Positions 9,438 through 17,530 of a stretch of 64,000 nt of DNA are shown here, piece after piece. This DNA is from a virus. Every line of letters begins with the position of its first letter. The first letter of the stretch is position 1. The notes under the pieces were generated by a model. That model did no database searches and was not told the origin of the DNA. It saw nothing but the letters and a program-made list of their open reading frames with translations. The DNA lies in the IMG/VR virus record IMGVR_UViG_3300011114_000356, positions 2,275-66,274 of that record; one strand, given 5' to 3'. The position numbers and the translations under genes were made by a program.

Positions 9438-9756
9438 AGTCTATAACATAGATAAACAGGAATACATTAATCCGCATGGAATCAATAATGGATTAAAGCT
9501 ACTAGAGCAAGTAGGGCATGATCTTTCTACCTCTACTGCATTATTCTTATTGTTAGCCAATTCGAATGGTCGTGGGGGTGGCGATGTAAGAGAGCATGAG
9601 TTAGTAGGTTCGTGGGCTGGGAATCGTGTTGTAGTGCAAGGAGACTATGCAAACGACCTAGATAATGGCTTTGTATCCGATAGAGAGATTGAGGGATATA
9701 AGGATATTAGTAATGATGTTTTTAATATGTTGAGATCAACTATGGAGGGTATATGA
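9421..9756 (+). CDS. conserved early phage protein
   Basis: MGQYHKVYNIDKQEYI..GLKLLE..GSWAGNRVVVQGDY. Confidence 0.75.
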   Translation: MGQYHKVYNIDKQEYINPHGINNGLKLLEQVGHDLSTSTALFLLLANSNGRGGGDVREHELVGSWAGNRVVVQGDYANDLDNGFVSDREIEGYKDISNDVFNMLRSTMEGI

Positions 9757-10019
9757 ACGCACAAGAACGAAAAGCATATGAGTTAGATATTGCTAATAAG
9801 TGGAATAAAAAGGTTGGTGATTTTTTGATAGGTAAGACTATTAAATCGGTTAGATATATGACAGATAAGGAAATGAACGATTTTATGTGGCATAAAAAGC
9901 CTGTCGTTATAGACTTTACTGATGGCTCATGGATAATTCCTCAAAGTGATGACGAGGGTAATAATGGAGGTGCATTATATACTTCTGATGAAAAACTAGC
10001 GGTTATACCAACTATTTGA
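9753..10019 (+). CDS. early hypothetical protein
   Basis: LIGKTIKSVRYMT..SDDEGNNGGAL; coupled. Confidence 0.7.
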   Translation: MNAQERKAYELDIANKWNKKVGDFLIGKTIKSVRYMTDKEMNDFMWHKKPVVIDFTDGSWIIPQSDDEGNNGGALYTSDEKLAVIPTI

Positions 10020-10072
10020 GTGAAATCCGATAGCATTCTTTGGAGTGCTATCTGATTATCATTTCGATAATC
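10018..10072 (+). promoter_or_regulatory. intergenic long hairpin plus alternative short hairpin (copy C)
   Basis: ~20-bp stem with bulge A10058; 3' arm refolds as GATTATC..GATAATC; different sequence, same fold as A and B. Confidence 0.7.
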
Positions 10073-10092
10073 TTAACTAGAAAGGGTTAATT

Positions 10093-10365
10093 ATGCACAC
10101 TTATGTAAAGATTTATCCAATTAAAAGGCTCAATACTGAACTTGAGGAAATATTCGAATCAAGGATTGCGGTCTATGATGAATGGCATGATGAATATGTA
10201 GATAGCTATTTAGATAACCAAGTTTATTATTGGTATAGCAAAGATGAGTTTAGAGAACTTCGACTAGGGCAAAAAATGGACGAAGACATTATTTATTTAA
10301 TAGATATAGATTTTGAGGGCTACCATGTAGAACAAATACAATTGTTAGAGGAGGAATTAGTGTGA
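10093..10365 (+). CDS. early acidic hypothetical protein
   Basis: RBS GAAAGGG. Confidence 0.7.
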   Translation: MHTYVKIYPIKRLNTELEEIFESRIAVYDEWHDEYVDSYLDNQVYYWYSKDEFRELRLGQKMDEDIIYLIDIDFEGYHVEQIQLLEEELV

Positions 10366-10524
10366 AAACATTTAGAATAAGAGCAAGTGAACAAGTATTT
10401 TACAAGGAAGATATTGAGGCAGAAACAAAAGAGGAAGCTATTGAGAAGTTTAATGACTTAAGGTTTGGTAATTTAGAGCCTTGCGATAGCGATAATTTTA
10501 CAATAGATAGCGTGGAGGAATAAC

Positions 10525-10722
10525 ATGAATAAAGAAGAGATAATAAAAGAGCTAATAGAGCTTAATTTTTCTATGTGTCAAAACAGCATGGAAGTAAATG
10601 ATGGTGTTATTTATGACTTGCTTATGTATGGATTTAAAGGCTATAAAAACATGAGCATGGAAGAATTACAGAAAGAATTAGATGATATGAAAGATGATGA
10701 CGAGGAGGACGAAGATGAGTGA
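10525..10722 (+). CDS. early highly acidic protein
   Basis: RBS GGAGG; C-terminus DDMKDDDEEDEDE. Confidence 0.7.
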   Translation: MNKEEIIKELIELNFSMCQNSMEVNDGVIYDLLMYGFKGYKNMSMEELQKELDDMKDDDEEDEDE

Positions 10723-10862
10723 TTTTTCAATAGGAATTAATCTTGATGTATATCAAGAGGGTGTTTTAACGAGAACTTTGAATGGCGAATCCCTTTCTGA
10801 TGAAACTATCAGAATGATAATGGAGGATATTGCTTACCTTTTTAATGATGAGGAGGAAAATA

Positions 10863-11024
10863 ATGAGTAAATTATCAGAGAAAGAGTTGGACTTTTTGTA
10901 TTGGTGTTTAGTAGATTATTGTGAGAACAATATACCGCAAGAACTCAAACAATGTGCCAATATCAATCGCATTTTTAAGAAAGTGGTTAAGTTAAACGAT
11001 CTATTTAAGGGAGAACAATCATAA
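10863..11024 (+). CDS. early hypothetical protein
   Basis: RBS GGAGGA before MSKLSEK. Confidence 0.55.
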   Translation: MSKLSEKELDFLYWCLVDYCENNIPQELKQCANINRIFKKVVKLNDLFKGEQS

Positions 11025-11196
11025 TGAGTAAATTAGTAAATTATGCTTTGGAATACATAGGTAAGAAAGAACTAGAGTGGTATTGCATGGAAATAGAAAC
11101 TAAAGAGATAGATTTAAAGGCTCTTAGACATCATTTAATTGGCAAAGTTGGATTAGATGAGAGAGAAGTGAATAGACTTTATGCGGAGGATAGATC

Positions 11197-11388
11197 ATGA
11201 ACTATGGTGCAAAAGTAATTTTCAATCAAGTTTTAAGTGCTATGCAAGATGCAGAGGAAATAGGCGGAGTTGAGGACGAAGAATATCTTGATCTCATGGA
11301 AGCTATTCGCCATGAAGCAGTTAAAAGATTCAATAATTGCGTTGATCTTATGGCTTTGAATCAAGAAGCCAAGACCAATTTAAGATAG
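11197..11388 (+). CDS. early hypothetical protein
   Basis: RBS GGAGG; AMQDAEEIGG..EYLDLM. Confidence 0.65.
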   Translation: MNYGAKVIFNQVLSAMQDAEEIGGVEDEEYLDLMEAIRHEAVKRFNNCVDLMALNQEAKTNLR

Positions 11389-11398
11389 GAGGATAAAA

Positions 11399-11617
11399 AT
11401 GCCTAGATTTATTTTAGATATAGCTAATACAAAATTTGAGGGCGAATTAGATACTAAAGCTTTTATGGAAGATTTATGTAATCAATATGGCAATCATTTT
11501 GTTTCTATTGTTTGCGTTGATAAGACTAACGACAATCAATTTTATGATGATCCGATCCATAACAAGCTATCTAAAACACAAATAGATAATTATAACAATT
11601 ATTTGAAAGGAGTTTAA
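11399..11617 (+). CDS. early hypothetical protein
   Basis: RBS AGGAGG. Confidence 0.65.
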   Translation: MPRFILDIANTKFEGELDTKAFMEDLCNQYGNHFVSIVCVDKTNDNQFYDDPIHNKLSKTQIDNYNNYLKGV

Positions 11618-11619
11618 TC

Positions 11620-11850
11620 ATGGCTTACGAAGTGCAAGAGTTTTGTTTATGTGGTGGTTGGACTAATACATGGTCGGTTGAAGATGAGCCGACCATTTTT
11701 GACACAAAGGAAGAGGCGGAAATTGCTTTAATGGATTTCTTTGAGGATTGTGATTATGCGTTCAAAGAGGAATTCATGCCAGATGTCCCAGACCGAGAAG
11801 ATTTTAGGATAGTGGAGATACAAGATAAATTTGACCACGAACAAGGCTAA
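11620..11850 (+). CDS. early acidic hypothetical protein
   Basis: YEVQ..GWTNTW..PTIFDTKEEAE..DFRIVE. Confidence 0.7.
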   Translation: MAYEVQEFCLCGGWTNTWSVEDEPTIFDTKEEAEIALMDFFEDCDYAFKEEFMPDVPDREDFRIVEIQDKFDHEQG

Positions 11851-11961
11851 AAGTTTCGTTCGCTATGCTCATTTTAACACAGATATCAAGTGGTGTAATC
11901 TATGAAACCCTTGATAATACTGATAACCTGTGCGTTATCTTTATAACAATAAGGAGATGTT

Positions 11962-12342
11962 ATGGTTGAATTAGACCTAGCAAGCACCTGTTTAGCCCTT
12001 GTATTATTTGGTGAAGCGGGTGATAACTTTAATAATCAAATGGCAGTTTATAATGTTGTTATGAACAGAGCCAAAACGATTAGCAAAGTGTGTGATGTAG
12101 TGTATGAACCAAAGCAATTCGAGTATATTACTTTGATTCAGCAAGGTAAGGCAAAAGAACCTAACCAAGTTCAATTACTTACTTATAAACTACAAGCAGT
12201 CAAGTTCTTAACTAAAGCTAAAGGCTATACATATAATCCTGTTGGGCATTCTCAATTCTTCCACGACTCAAGAATACACCCTAACAAAAATGTTTTCAAA
12301 AAGCCTTTAGTTGCTCAAGTAAATAATCTATACTTCTATTAA
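11962..12342 (+). CDS. SleB/Hydrolase_2-family cell wall hydrolase
   Basis: CLALVLFGEA (catalytic Glu), AVYNVVMNR, CDVVYEPKQF, FFH, C-terminal NLYFY. Confidence 0.85.
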   Translation: MVELDLASTCLALVLFGEAGDNFNNQMAVYNVVMNRAKTISKVCDVVYEPKQFEYITLIQQGKAKEPNQVQLLTYKLQAVKFLTKAKGYTYNPVGHSQFFHDSRIHPNKNVFKKPLVAQVNNLYFY

Positions 12343-12348
12343 CGGGAC

Positions 12349-12366
12349 GGGTATCTTCGGATACCC
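12349..12366. terminator. hairpin between convergent genes
   Basis: GGGTATC-TTCG-GATACCC (cUUCGg loop); no clear U-tract. Confidence 0.6.
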
Positions 12367-13199
12367 TATACCGCACCTATTTCAATTAGTTTTTCTTTTA
12401 AGGCGACTGAGGCAATTTTTGTGCCTACTCTATTATGATAATCATTGAAGTCTTCCCTGATTGTGTCGCTGAGCCAATAAGGCTTGCCTGTTTTAAGGGC
12501 AGAGGATTCTCCAACCTTACTTGTGTCATTGTCAGCGATAATGAGACCCTCCCTAAACTTCCTACTTACGAACTCCATGTTAGTTGCACTGAAGCAAACA
12601 TAAATACAATACTTGATATTGCTAGCTTTCAATACTTCCCTTATGGAGAGACCCGTAGCAAAACCTTCGCAGAATATGGGAAATCCCTTTGCGTTAAAGG
12701 TAAAGACTGCCCCTTTGGTCGTTTGACCATTGAGGAACTTCTTATCCCCCTTGTTATTGATGAGCTGACAACCGACAATTCTTCTGTCGATACGCATGGG
12801 TATCACTAGTAAAGGTTCGCCTTTATTATTCCATATAGCACCCTCTTCTAATGGGAATCCTTTATCACTAAGATATTTGTGCCAACCAAGTTTGGTTTGG
12901 TGCATAATCCAACCCGCTTTCTTAGAGGCTTTCTCTTGGGCGACTTGTTTATCTAATGCAGATAATGAATGGAACAATGAATTGATGTTGGGTATCTTAA
13001 CTTTTTCTTGATTATCTGGAAACCATACCGCTGGCTCACTCATGGTAGCCCAATTCATAACAAAGCCTACATCACCTAGATATTTATAAGAACCATTCTT
13101 GCTTCTTGGTTTATCCTCAGTTGGTGTTCTCACTTGTTTATGTGGAATCACATGGTTAATAATAAGCCCATGCACTCTAGCAAAGTCTTCGAATCTCAT
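12366..13199 (-). CDS. Toprim-domain DNA primase
   Basis: CEGFATGLS and IIADND Toprim motifs; adjacent to helicase. Confidence 0.85.
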   Translation of the reverse strand: MRFEDFARVHGLIINHVIPHKQVRTPTEDKPRSKNGSYKYLGDVGFVMNWATMSEPAVWFPDNQEKVKIPNINSLFHSLSALDKQVAQEKASKKAGWIMHQTKLGWHKYLSDKGFPLEEGAIWNNKGEPLLVIPMRIDRRIVGCQLINNKGDKKFLNGQTTKGAVFTFNAKGFPIFCEGFATGLSIREVLKASNIKYCIYVCFSATNMEFVSRKFREGLIIADNDTSKVGESSALKTGKPYWLSDTIREDFNDYHNRVGTKIASVALKEKLIEIGAV

Positions 13200-14674
13200 G
13201 CTACTTTTCTCCTTGTTGCACGGCTATAAGCTATGTTTTTATGTTTAATCCAATTCAATGTCTTGATTGTTGGGTCAGCCAATACATGATCTAAATTACG
13301 AGGCCATATACCATACTTCTCCCTATACTTATGACTAGCCCAATTAGGATTGTATTTCTTACTCTTGGCTATATGTAATAGTTCTGAATAGAATGCTTGC
13401 TTCTCTGCTTTATCAATCCGTCCATTCATACCTAACTCATGGAGTTCACCCGCAGTGGTAGCAAATTGTTTTTGTTTTCTTACATAACCACATTGCTGAC
13501 ATTCAGTATTACCTACAATCCATAATGCTGAACATGAAGGACATTTAGCTTCTTGTTTGATACGATCACTAGGTTCTTTGTGTGTATATTCAACCTTGCT
13601 ATTGAGTTCTTTAACACCATCATGATAGACTTCTTCCCATTCATTACGGAAACGAATATAGTTGCCACTATGGTCTAACCATAAGGCAAAGTCTTTACTA
13701 TCATGGGGACGCATCACACGACCCATCTGTTGTATATGGGAAGATAATGACTTGGCAAAAGGTCTAGCTGATACTCCAATCATTACATCTGGAACATCAA
13801 AGCCTCTGGTCAAGATATCTGTTGCAATTAATCCGTGTATTTCTGTATCAGGTTTGCTAAAATCCTCAATGATCTGACGCTTCAATTCACTATTGTCTCG
13901 ATAAGAAATAGATTTAAAGTTGTATCCTTTCTCGGCAAACTGATTAACTAAATCCTGTCCATGAGCGACCCCCGCACAAAAGACAATAGTCTTTCTTGGT
14001 TTGCCGAATATTTCATGCGTCTTCTTAATCCATTCTTGAACAATATCTCCTGTGAGTTGCATACCTCTTTTGGTAACTTCATCTGCTGACCATTCACCCG
14101 CTAACTTCTTAGCACCTTTCATATCAATCTCTTTAGCGATATAAACTTTGAGTGGTGCTAACCATTTATTCACAACGAGATCTTCTGTGGTTGAACCGCA
14201 GACTATGTTAGTATAGATATCTCCTAAGCCTTTGGTAAAAGGAGTTGCAGTTAAGCCTACGACTTTAAGCTTTGGATTGTCTTTAATAATCCTTGTGATC
14301 TGTCGTCTAGCAATATGGCATTCATCAACGATAAGTAAATCAATATTAGGAAAGTCTTGTCTTCTTTCTAATGTTTGAGAAGAACATACTTGGATACGCT
14401 CTGAGGTATTGTATCTCCAATGTGTTCCTTGATAGACACCATGATTAATTGAATACTTATCCAAGCGAGTAGATGTTTGATCTACTAACACTATCCTATC
14501 CAATATCATAGCTGATCTGAATTCTTTATCTGCTGATGCTTTCATGAGGTAGATAGCTACCTCTGTCTTACCAAATCCTGTGGGTGCGTATAACAACTGA
14601 GCCCTATGGCCTTGTCTGAATCCGTCCCTCAATGCGTCAATCACGCCTTGCTGATGCTCACGCAAGCTTAACAT
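13196..14674 (-). CDS. superfamily 2 (DExH) helicase with zinc ribbon
   Basis: APTGFGKT, DECH, TAT, QQMGRVMR, CPSC..CQQC. Confidence 0.93.
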   Translation of the reverse strand: MLSLREHQQGVIDALRDGFRQGHRAQLLYAPTGFGKTEVAIYLMKASADKEFRSAMILDRIVLVDQTSTRLDKYSINHGVYQGTHWRYNTSERIQVCSSQTLERRQDFPNIDLLIVDECHIARRQITRIIKDNPKLKVVGLTATPFTKGLGDIYTNIVCGSTTEDLVVNKWLAPLKVYIAKEIDMKGAKKLAGEWSADEVTKRGMQLTGDIVQEWIKKTHEIFGKPRKTIVFCAGVAHGQDLVNQFAEKGYNFKSISYRDNSELKRQIIEDFSKPDTEIHGLIATDILTRGFDVPDVMIGVSARPFAKSLSSHIQQMGRVMRPHDSKDFALWLDHSGNYIRFRNEWEEVYHDGVKELNSKVEYTHKEPSDRIKQEAKCPSCSALWIVGNTECQQCGYVRKQKQFATTAGELHELGMNGRIDKAEKQAFYSELLHIAKSKKYNPNWASHKYREKYGIWPRNLDHVLADPTIKTLNWIKHKNIAYSRATRRKVA

Positions 14675-14712
14675 TTAATCTCCTTTAACTTCCACAAACC
14701 CTGTGGAGTGGG

Positions 14713-15012
14713 CTACGCTTGTAGTTTTTTCTTTAATACACCGATAGTCTTTAGTAGTTCTGCGTTTCTATTTTGAAACATATCACGACTATCTCGTAAT
14801 GCTTGATTATCTATTTCTAAAATTCTGATTGTGTTTCTGAGTTCTTTGACTAAATCCAAAATATAATCCTTCTCAAATGGTGTAGCGTCCCATTGCTGAG
14901 AGGCGATCACATCTCTGAGTTGATCGTTTTCATCTGCTAAGTCAGATATGGTATGCGTTAATTCTAATACCTTATCCTCTAGCAATTGTAGTTCTGGATT
15001 GTTATTCCTCAT
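14713..15012 (-). CDS. coiled-coil hypothetical protein
   Basis: Heptad pattern; SRDMFQNRNAEL; upstream of helicase. Confidence 0.65.
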   Translation of the reverse strand: MRNNNPELQLLEDKVLELTHTISDLADENDQLRDVIASQQWDATPFEKDYILDLVKELRNTIRILEIDNQALRDSRDMFQNRNAELLKTIGVLKKKLQA

Positions 15013-15025
15013 TTATAATTGTATG

Positions 15026-15448
15026 CTACAAATTTATCTCAGTGAATAGGTATAAAGGAACATCATAAAAATATTCCCCTTGACTTACGGCTTTGTTAGG
15101 TATCTCTTTCACTGATGAATTTTTAATCACATCTACATCAATATACCAAGCCTTTGTCATACCCCTTGACACTACAAAATAAATTGTCCTCTTATCATTA
15201 TTGAATAGTTTATCTTTACGCTTGGGAATATGAATTGTATTGAATGGGCATTTATCCCAATCTCTCATCTCTATCTCTGCGTATCCGATTAACTCCCTGT
15301 CTTTCTCGATAATTAAATCAACTGCATATTGATTAGGATTATGCCATGCATTCATATCCCAAACTGACTTAATATATTTTGTTACGGCTTCTCTTGCTGG
15401 TGGATCACAAGCATCATGGACTTCTTGATTAAATGGCTTTGTCGCCAT
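15026..15448 (-). CDS. PD-(D/E)XK-like nuclease-fold protein
   Basis: YAVDLII..YAEIEMR pattern. Confidence 0.5.
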   Translation of the reverse strand: MATKPFNQEVHDACDPPAREAVTKYIKSVWDMNAWHNPNQYAVDLIIEKDRELIGYAEIEMRDWDKCPFNTIHIPKRKDKLFNNDKRTIYFVVSRGMTKAWYIDVDVIKNSSVKEIPNKAVSQGEYFYDVPLYLFTEINL

Positions 15449-15698
15449 ATCTATCTGTATACCATTTGAGAGTGTCTGGAATCTTTTTAGCTTTCTTTAC
15501 ATGGTTCTTCCACCTTAGTTTGTAGAATGGCTCAGTTGGTGGTTGAAAAGATACTAGACCTTCTTCGATTAGCATCTTTAATCTGTATGATGTGGTATGA
15601 AACTTTTTTTCTACTTCTAATTTACTTGCATTAGGTTTAGATTCAAGATACTGATTTATCTTCAATGCTAATGCCTGATCTTCAAATAGTGTATACAT
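15429..15698 (-). CDS. hypothetical protein, possible HTH
   Basis: Overlapping ORF in operon; helix-turn-helix-like N-terminal half. Confidence 0.5.
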   Translation of the reverse strand: MYTLFEDQALALKINQYLESKPNASKLEVEKKFHTTSYRLKMLIEEGLVSFQPPTEPFYKLRWKNHVKKAKKIPDTLKWYTDRYGDKAI

Positions 15699-16362
15699 TA
15701 AAACTTATCCCCCAACTCTTGAAATATTTTCTCATATGCTTTTGGTGTGAAGTCTTGTTTGTTAAATTCAAACAAAGTCTTTTTACCATTAGCGTGTTTA
15801 ATATAACCCTTAACTAAAACATTTTCAACTATGATTGTTTTCTTTGCATCTACCATGTTGCTTTTCTACCTTCTATTTTATAAATTGCCATGGCTCTGTT
15901 TAATACTTTAGCGTCTCTAGCATATCTTGTATCTGATTGATCTTGATCTTGGCAACGCTTAGCGTGAAGTTTAATCCTCCACTGCTTTCTAATTGTATAA
16001 GCTTTTGTAGCCATCATTCACCTACCGTTCTGTATGAGATACCAAGATAGATATTTCTTACATTGTGTTTATTAAGATTGAATTCTTTAGCTACCTTTGG
16101 AATAGGCATAGTCTTCAATGCTTTCTTGATAGCAATGACTTGTTCTGTCGTTAAATACTTTTTGTGATACACAGATCCTCCCATTTCATTTCCTTTCGTT
16201 AAGCGTTAATAATTTTTAATAACTCATCACAATCTTCTCTTACTAGTTTTGCTAAATCCTGTGCCTCTTTATTTATGCCACGATCTTTATAAACATGAAT
16301 ACAACCTTCAATCATTTCATTTAATTTTTTAATAGCTTGTTCTTTATTCATTTGATTTCCTT

Positions 16363-16536
16363 TCAAAATGGTGCTTCTTCATAGTCGTTAAAATTAAACA
16401 CTTCTTTTGGTGCTTTCGGTAACTCTACCACATCTATATCAGGATGGGTATCTTTATACCATTTGGCTTCTCGTTTAGACCAACGATATTTTCTAATGAT
16501 ATCTCCGTCATCTACTACTGCGTGTGTAAAATCCAT
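16363..16536 (-). CDS. hypothetical protein (57 aa)
   Basis: RBS GAAAGGAAGG before MDFTHAV; ends YEEAPF. Confidence 0.65.
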   Translation of the reverse strand: MDFTHAVVDDGDIIRKYRWSKREAKWYKDTHPDIDVVELPKAPKEVFNFNDYEEAPF

Positions 16537-16544
16537 ATCCTTCC

Positions 16545-16875
16545 TTTCTATAATTTTAGACAATAGGACACCTAGGGTGGTAGGAGCCACCATTGATCCA
16601 TACAGAGTAAAGCTAACACACTCTATACCAATCCTACACAGAGTTAATGATCTTCAGCGTGCATAGTAGGTAGTACCACCCCAGTCCTATGCAGACACGG
16701 TAGTCGCCATTTAACGCTACCCAGTAGAGCCTGCGGGTGTAGACAGGATACTATGTTTTCTTCCAAGCCACCCATGTAGGTGCACTGATATCGTTTGGAG
16801 TACGAGTTGGAGATAGTAAAAGGAAAGGACAACCACAAGCGTAGTTATTCTAGTCCCCTTAATATCTCTCCCTAT
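16545..16875 (-). ncRNA. candidate long structured 5' leader / ncRNA (or origin)
   Basis: GC-enriched non-coding stretch with serial stems downstream of a sigma70 promoter. Confidence 0.55.
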
Positions 16876-16880
16876 TTATA

Positions 16881-16909
16881 AATTTACACCTAATGAAAAT
16901 AAAAAGCAA
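16881..16909 (-). promoter_or_regulatory. sigma70 promoter of replication operon
   Basis: TTGCTT-17-TAAATT on the minus strand. Confidence 0.6.
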
Positions 16910-16914
16910 GTGGT

Positions 16915-16953
16915 AGAAAAGAAAAACCCCTAGGTGATCAGCCTAAGGGTTTT
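16915..16953 (-). terminator. intrinsic terminator of the sRNA
   Basis: AAAACCCTTAGG-CTGATCA-CCTAGGGGTTTTTCTTTT. Confidence 0.8.
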
Positions 16954-17032
16954 AAAGTGGTTCATGAGGGGTGAACCGAGACTTTACCGAGAGAGATAGT
17001 AAAGGGACGACTGTGAGGAAAGGGACTCACAT
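16915..17032 (-). ncRNA. small RNA with three anti-Shine-Dalgarno stem-loops and intrinsic terminator
   Basis: Loops UCCCUUUC, AUCUCUCUC, CCCCUCA; terminator with U-tract; G-U pairs only on minus strand; upstream TTGACA promoter. Confidence 0.75.
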
Positions 17033-17037
17033 TCGAA

Positions 17038-17066
17038 ATATTATATGAATATTATATAAATGTCAA
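17038..17066 (-). promoter_or_regulatory. sigma70 promoter of the sRNA
   Basis: TTGACA-17-TAATAT; predicted +1 at ~17032, the foot of hairpin 1. Confidence 0.7.
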
Positions 17067-17316
17067 CATATAGTTAAAAGTTATATAGAAAACACTATAT
17101 ATTGTGGTTTTGTTATATAGAAATTTGTCAATATATTACTTTTTTGCGTTTAATTACAAATAAAAAGACTAATTTGTAAGATTAAGTATATGATTTAATT
17201 AGAAAATGAGGCATTTTTGCCTTGAACTAGATGTAAAGTATACTTTGCAGGCAAAACTCATGATTATATGGATGATTTTGTATAGCAAAAAGAGCAGAAT
17301 ATGCAATACAAACTAC

Positions 17317-17358
17317 TTTGTGTAGCATATATTACACACAAATATGTTTGTGTAGCAT
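17317..17358. repeat. TTTGTGTAGCAT direct repeat upstream of pqqA
   Basis: 17317-17328 and 17347-17358 (30-bp period) with inverted ACACAAA at 17336-17342. Confidence 0.7.
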
Positions 17359-17392
17359 TTTTTAGAACAATTGATCTACAAAGGAGAACATT

Positions 17393-17464
17393 ATGTGGAC
17401 AAAACCAGCAGCAACAGAAATGAGATTTGGCTTCGAAGTGACTATGTACGTAATGAACAAGTAA
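17393..17464 (+). CDS. pqqA: PQQ precursor peptide PqqA (23 aa, not in ORF track)
   Basis: MWTKPAATEMRFGFEVTMYVMNK with W-x-x-P leader and E-x-x-x-Y core; RBS AAGGAGA. Confidence 0.95.
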   Translation: MWTKPAATEMRFGFEVTMYVMNK

Positions 17465-17508
17465 TCGTAAGTTTGCACTTAGTGTAACTTTGTGATTAGT
17501 AGTATAAT

Positions 17509-17530
17509 AGGGGACTTATGTCCCCTTTTA
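17509..17530 (+). terminator. intrinsic terminator overlapping next RBS/start codon
   Basis: AGGGGAC-TTAT-GTCCCCT-TTTT. Confidence 0.7.

Noticed and set aside
7640-10072. Early-region repeats as a CRISPR array, attC sites or simple terminators
   Set aside because: Spacing is gene-sized and irregular; no GTTRRRY cores or integrase; the long stems lack a following U-tract
16644-16838. 64-aa minus ORF and 16463-16666 plus ORF in the structured region
   Set aside because: Non-ATG starts, no convincing RBS, atypical composition; better explained as non-coding structure
16915-17032. Plus-strand CsrB/RsmZ-like sponge (GGA-containing loops)
   Set aside because: Two stems have C-A mismatches on plus but G-U pairs on minus; the promoter and terminator U-tract also indicate minus; only one loop has GGA
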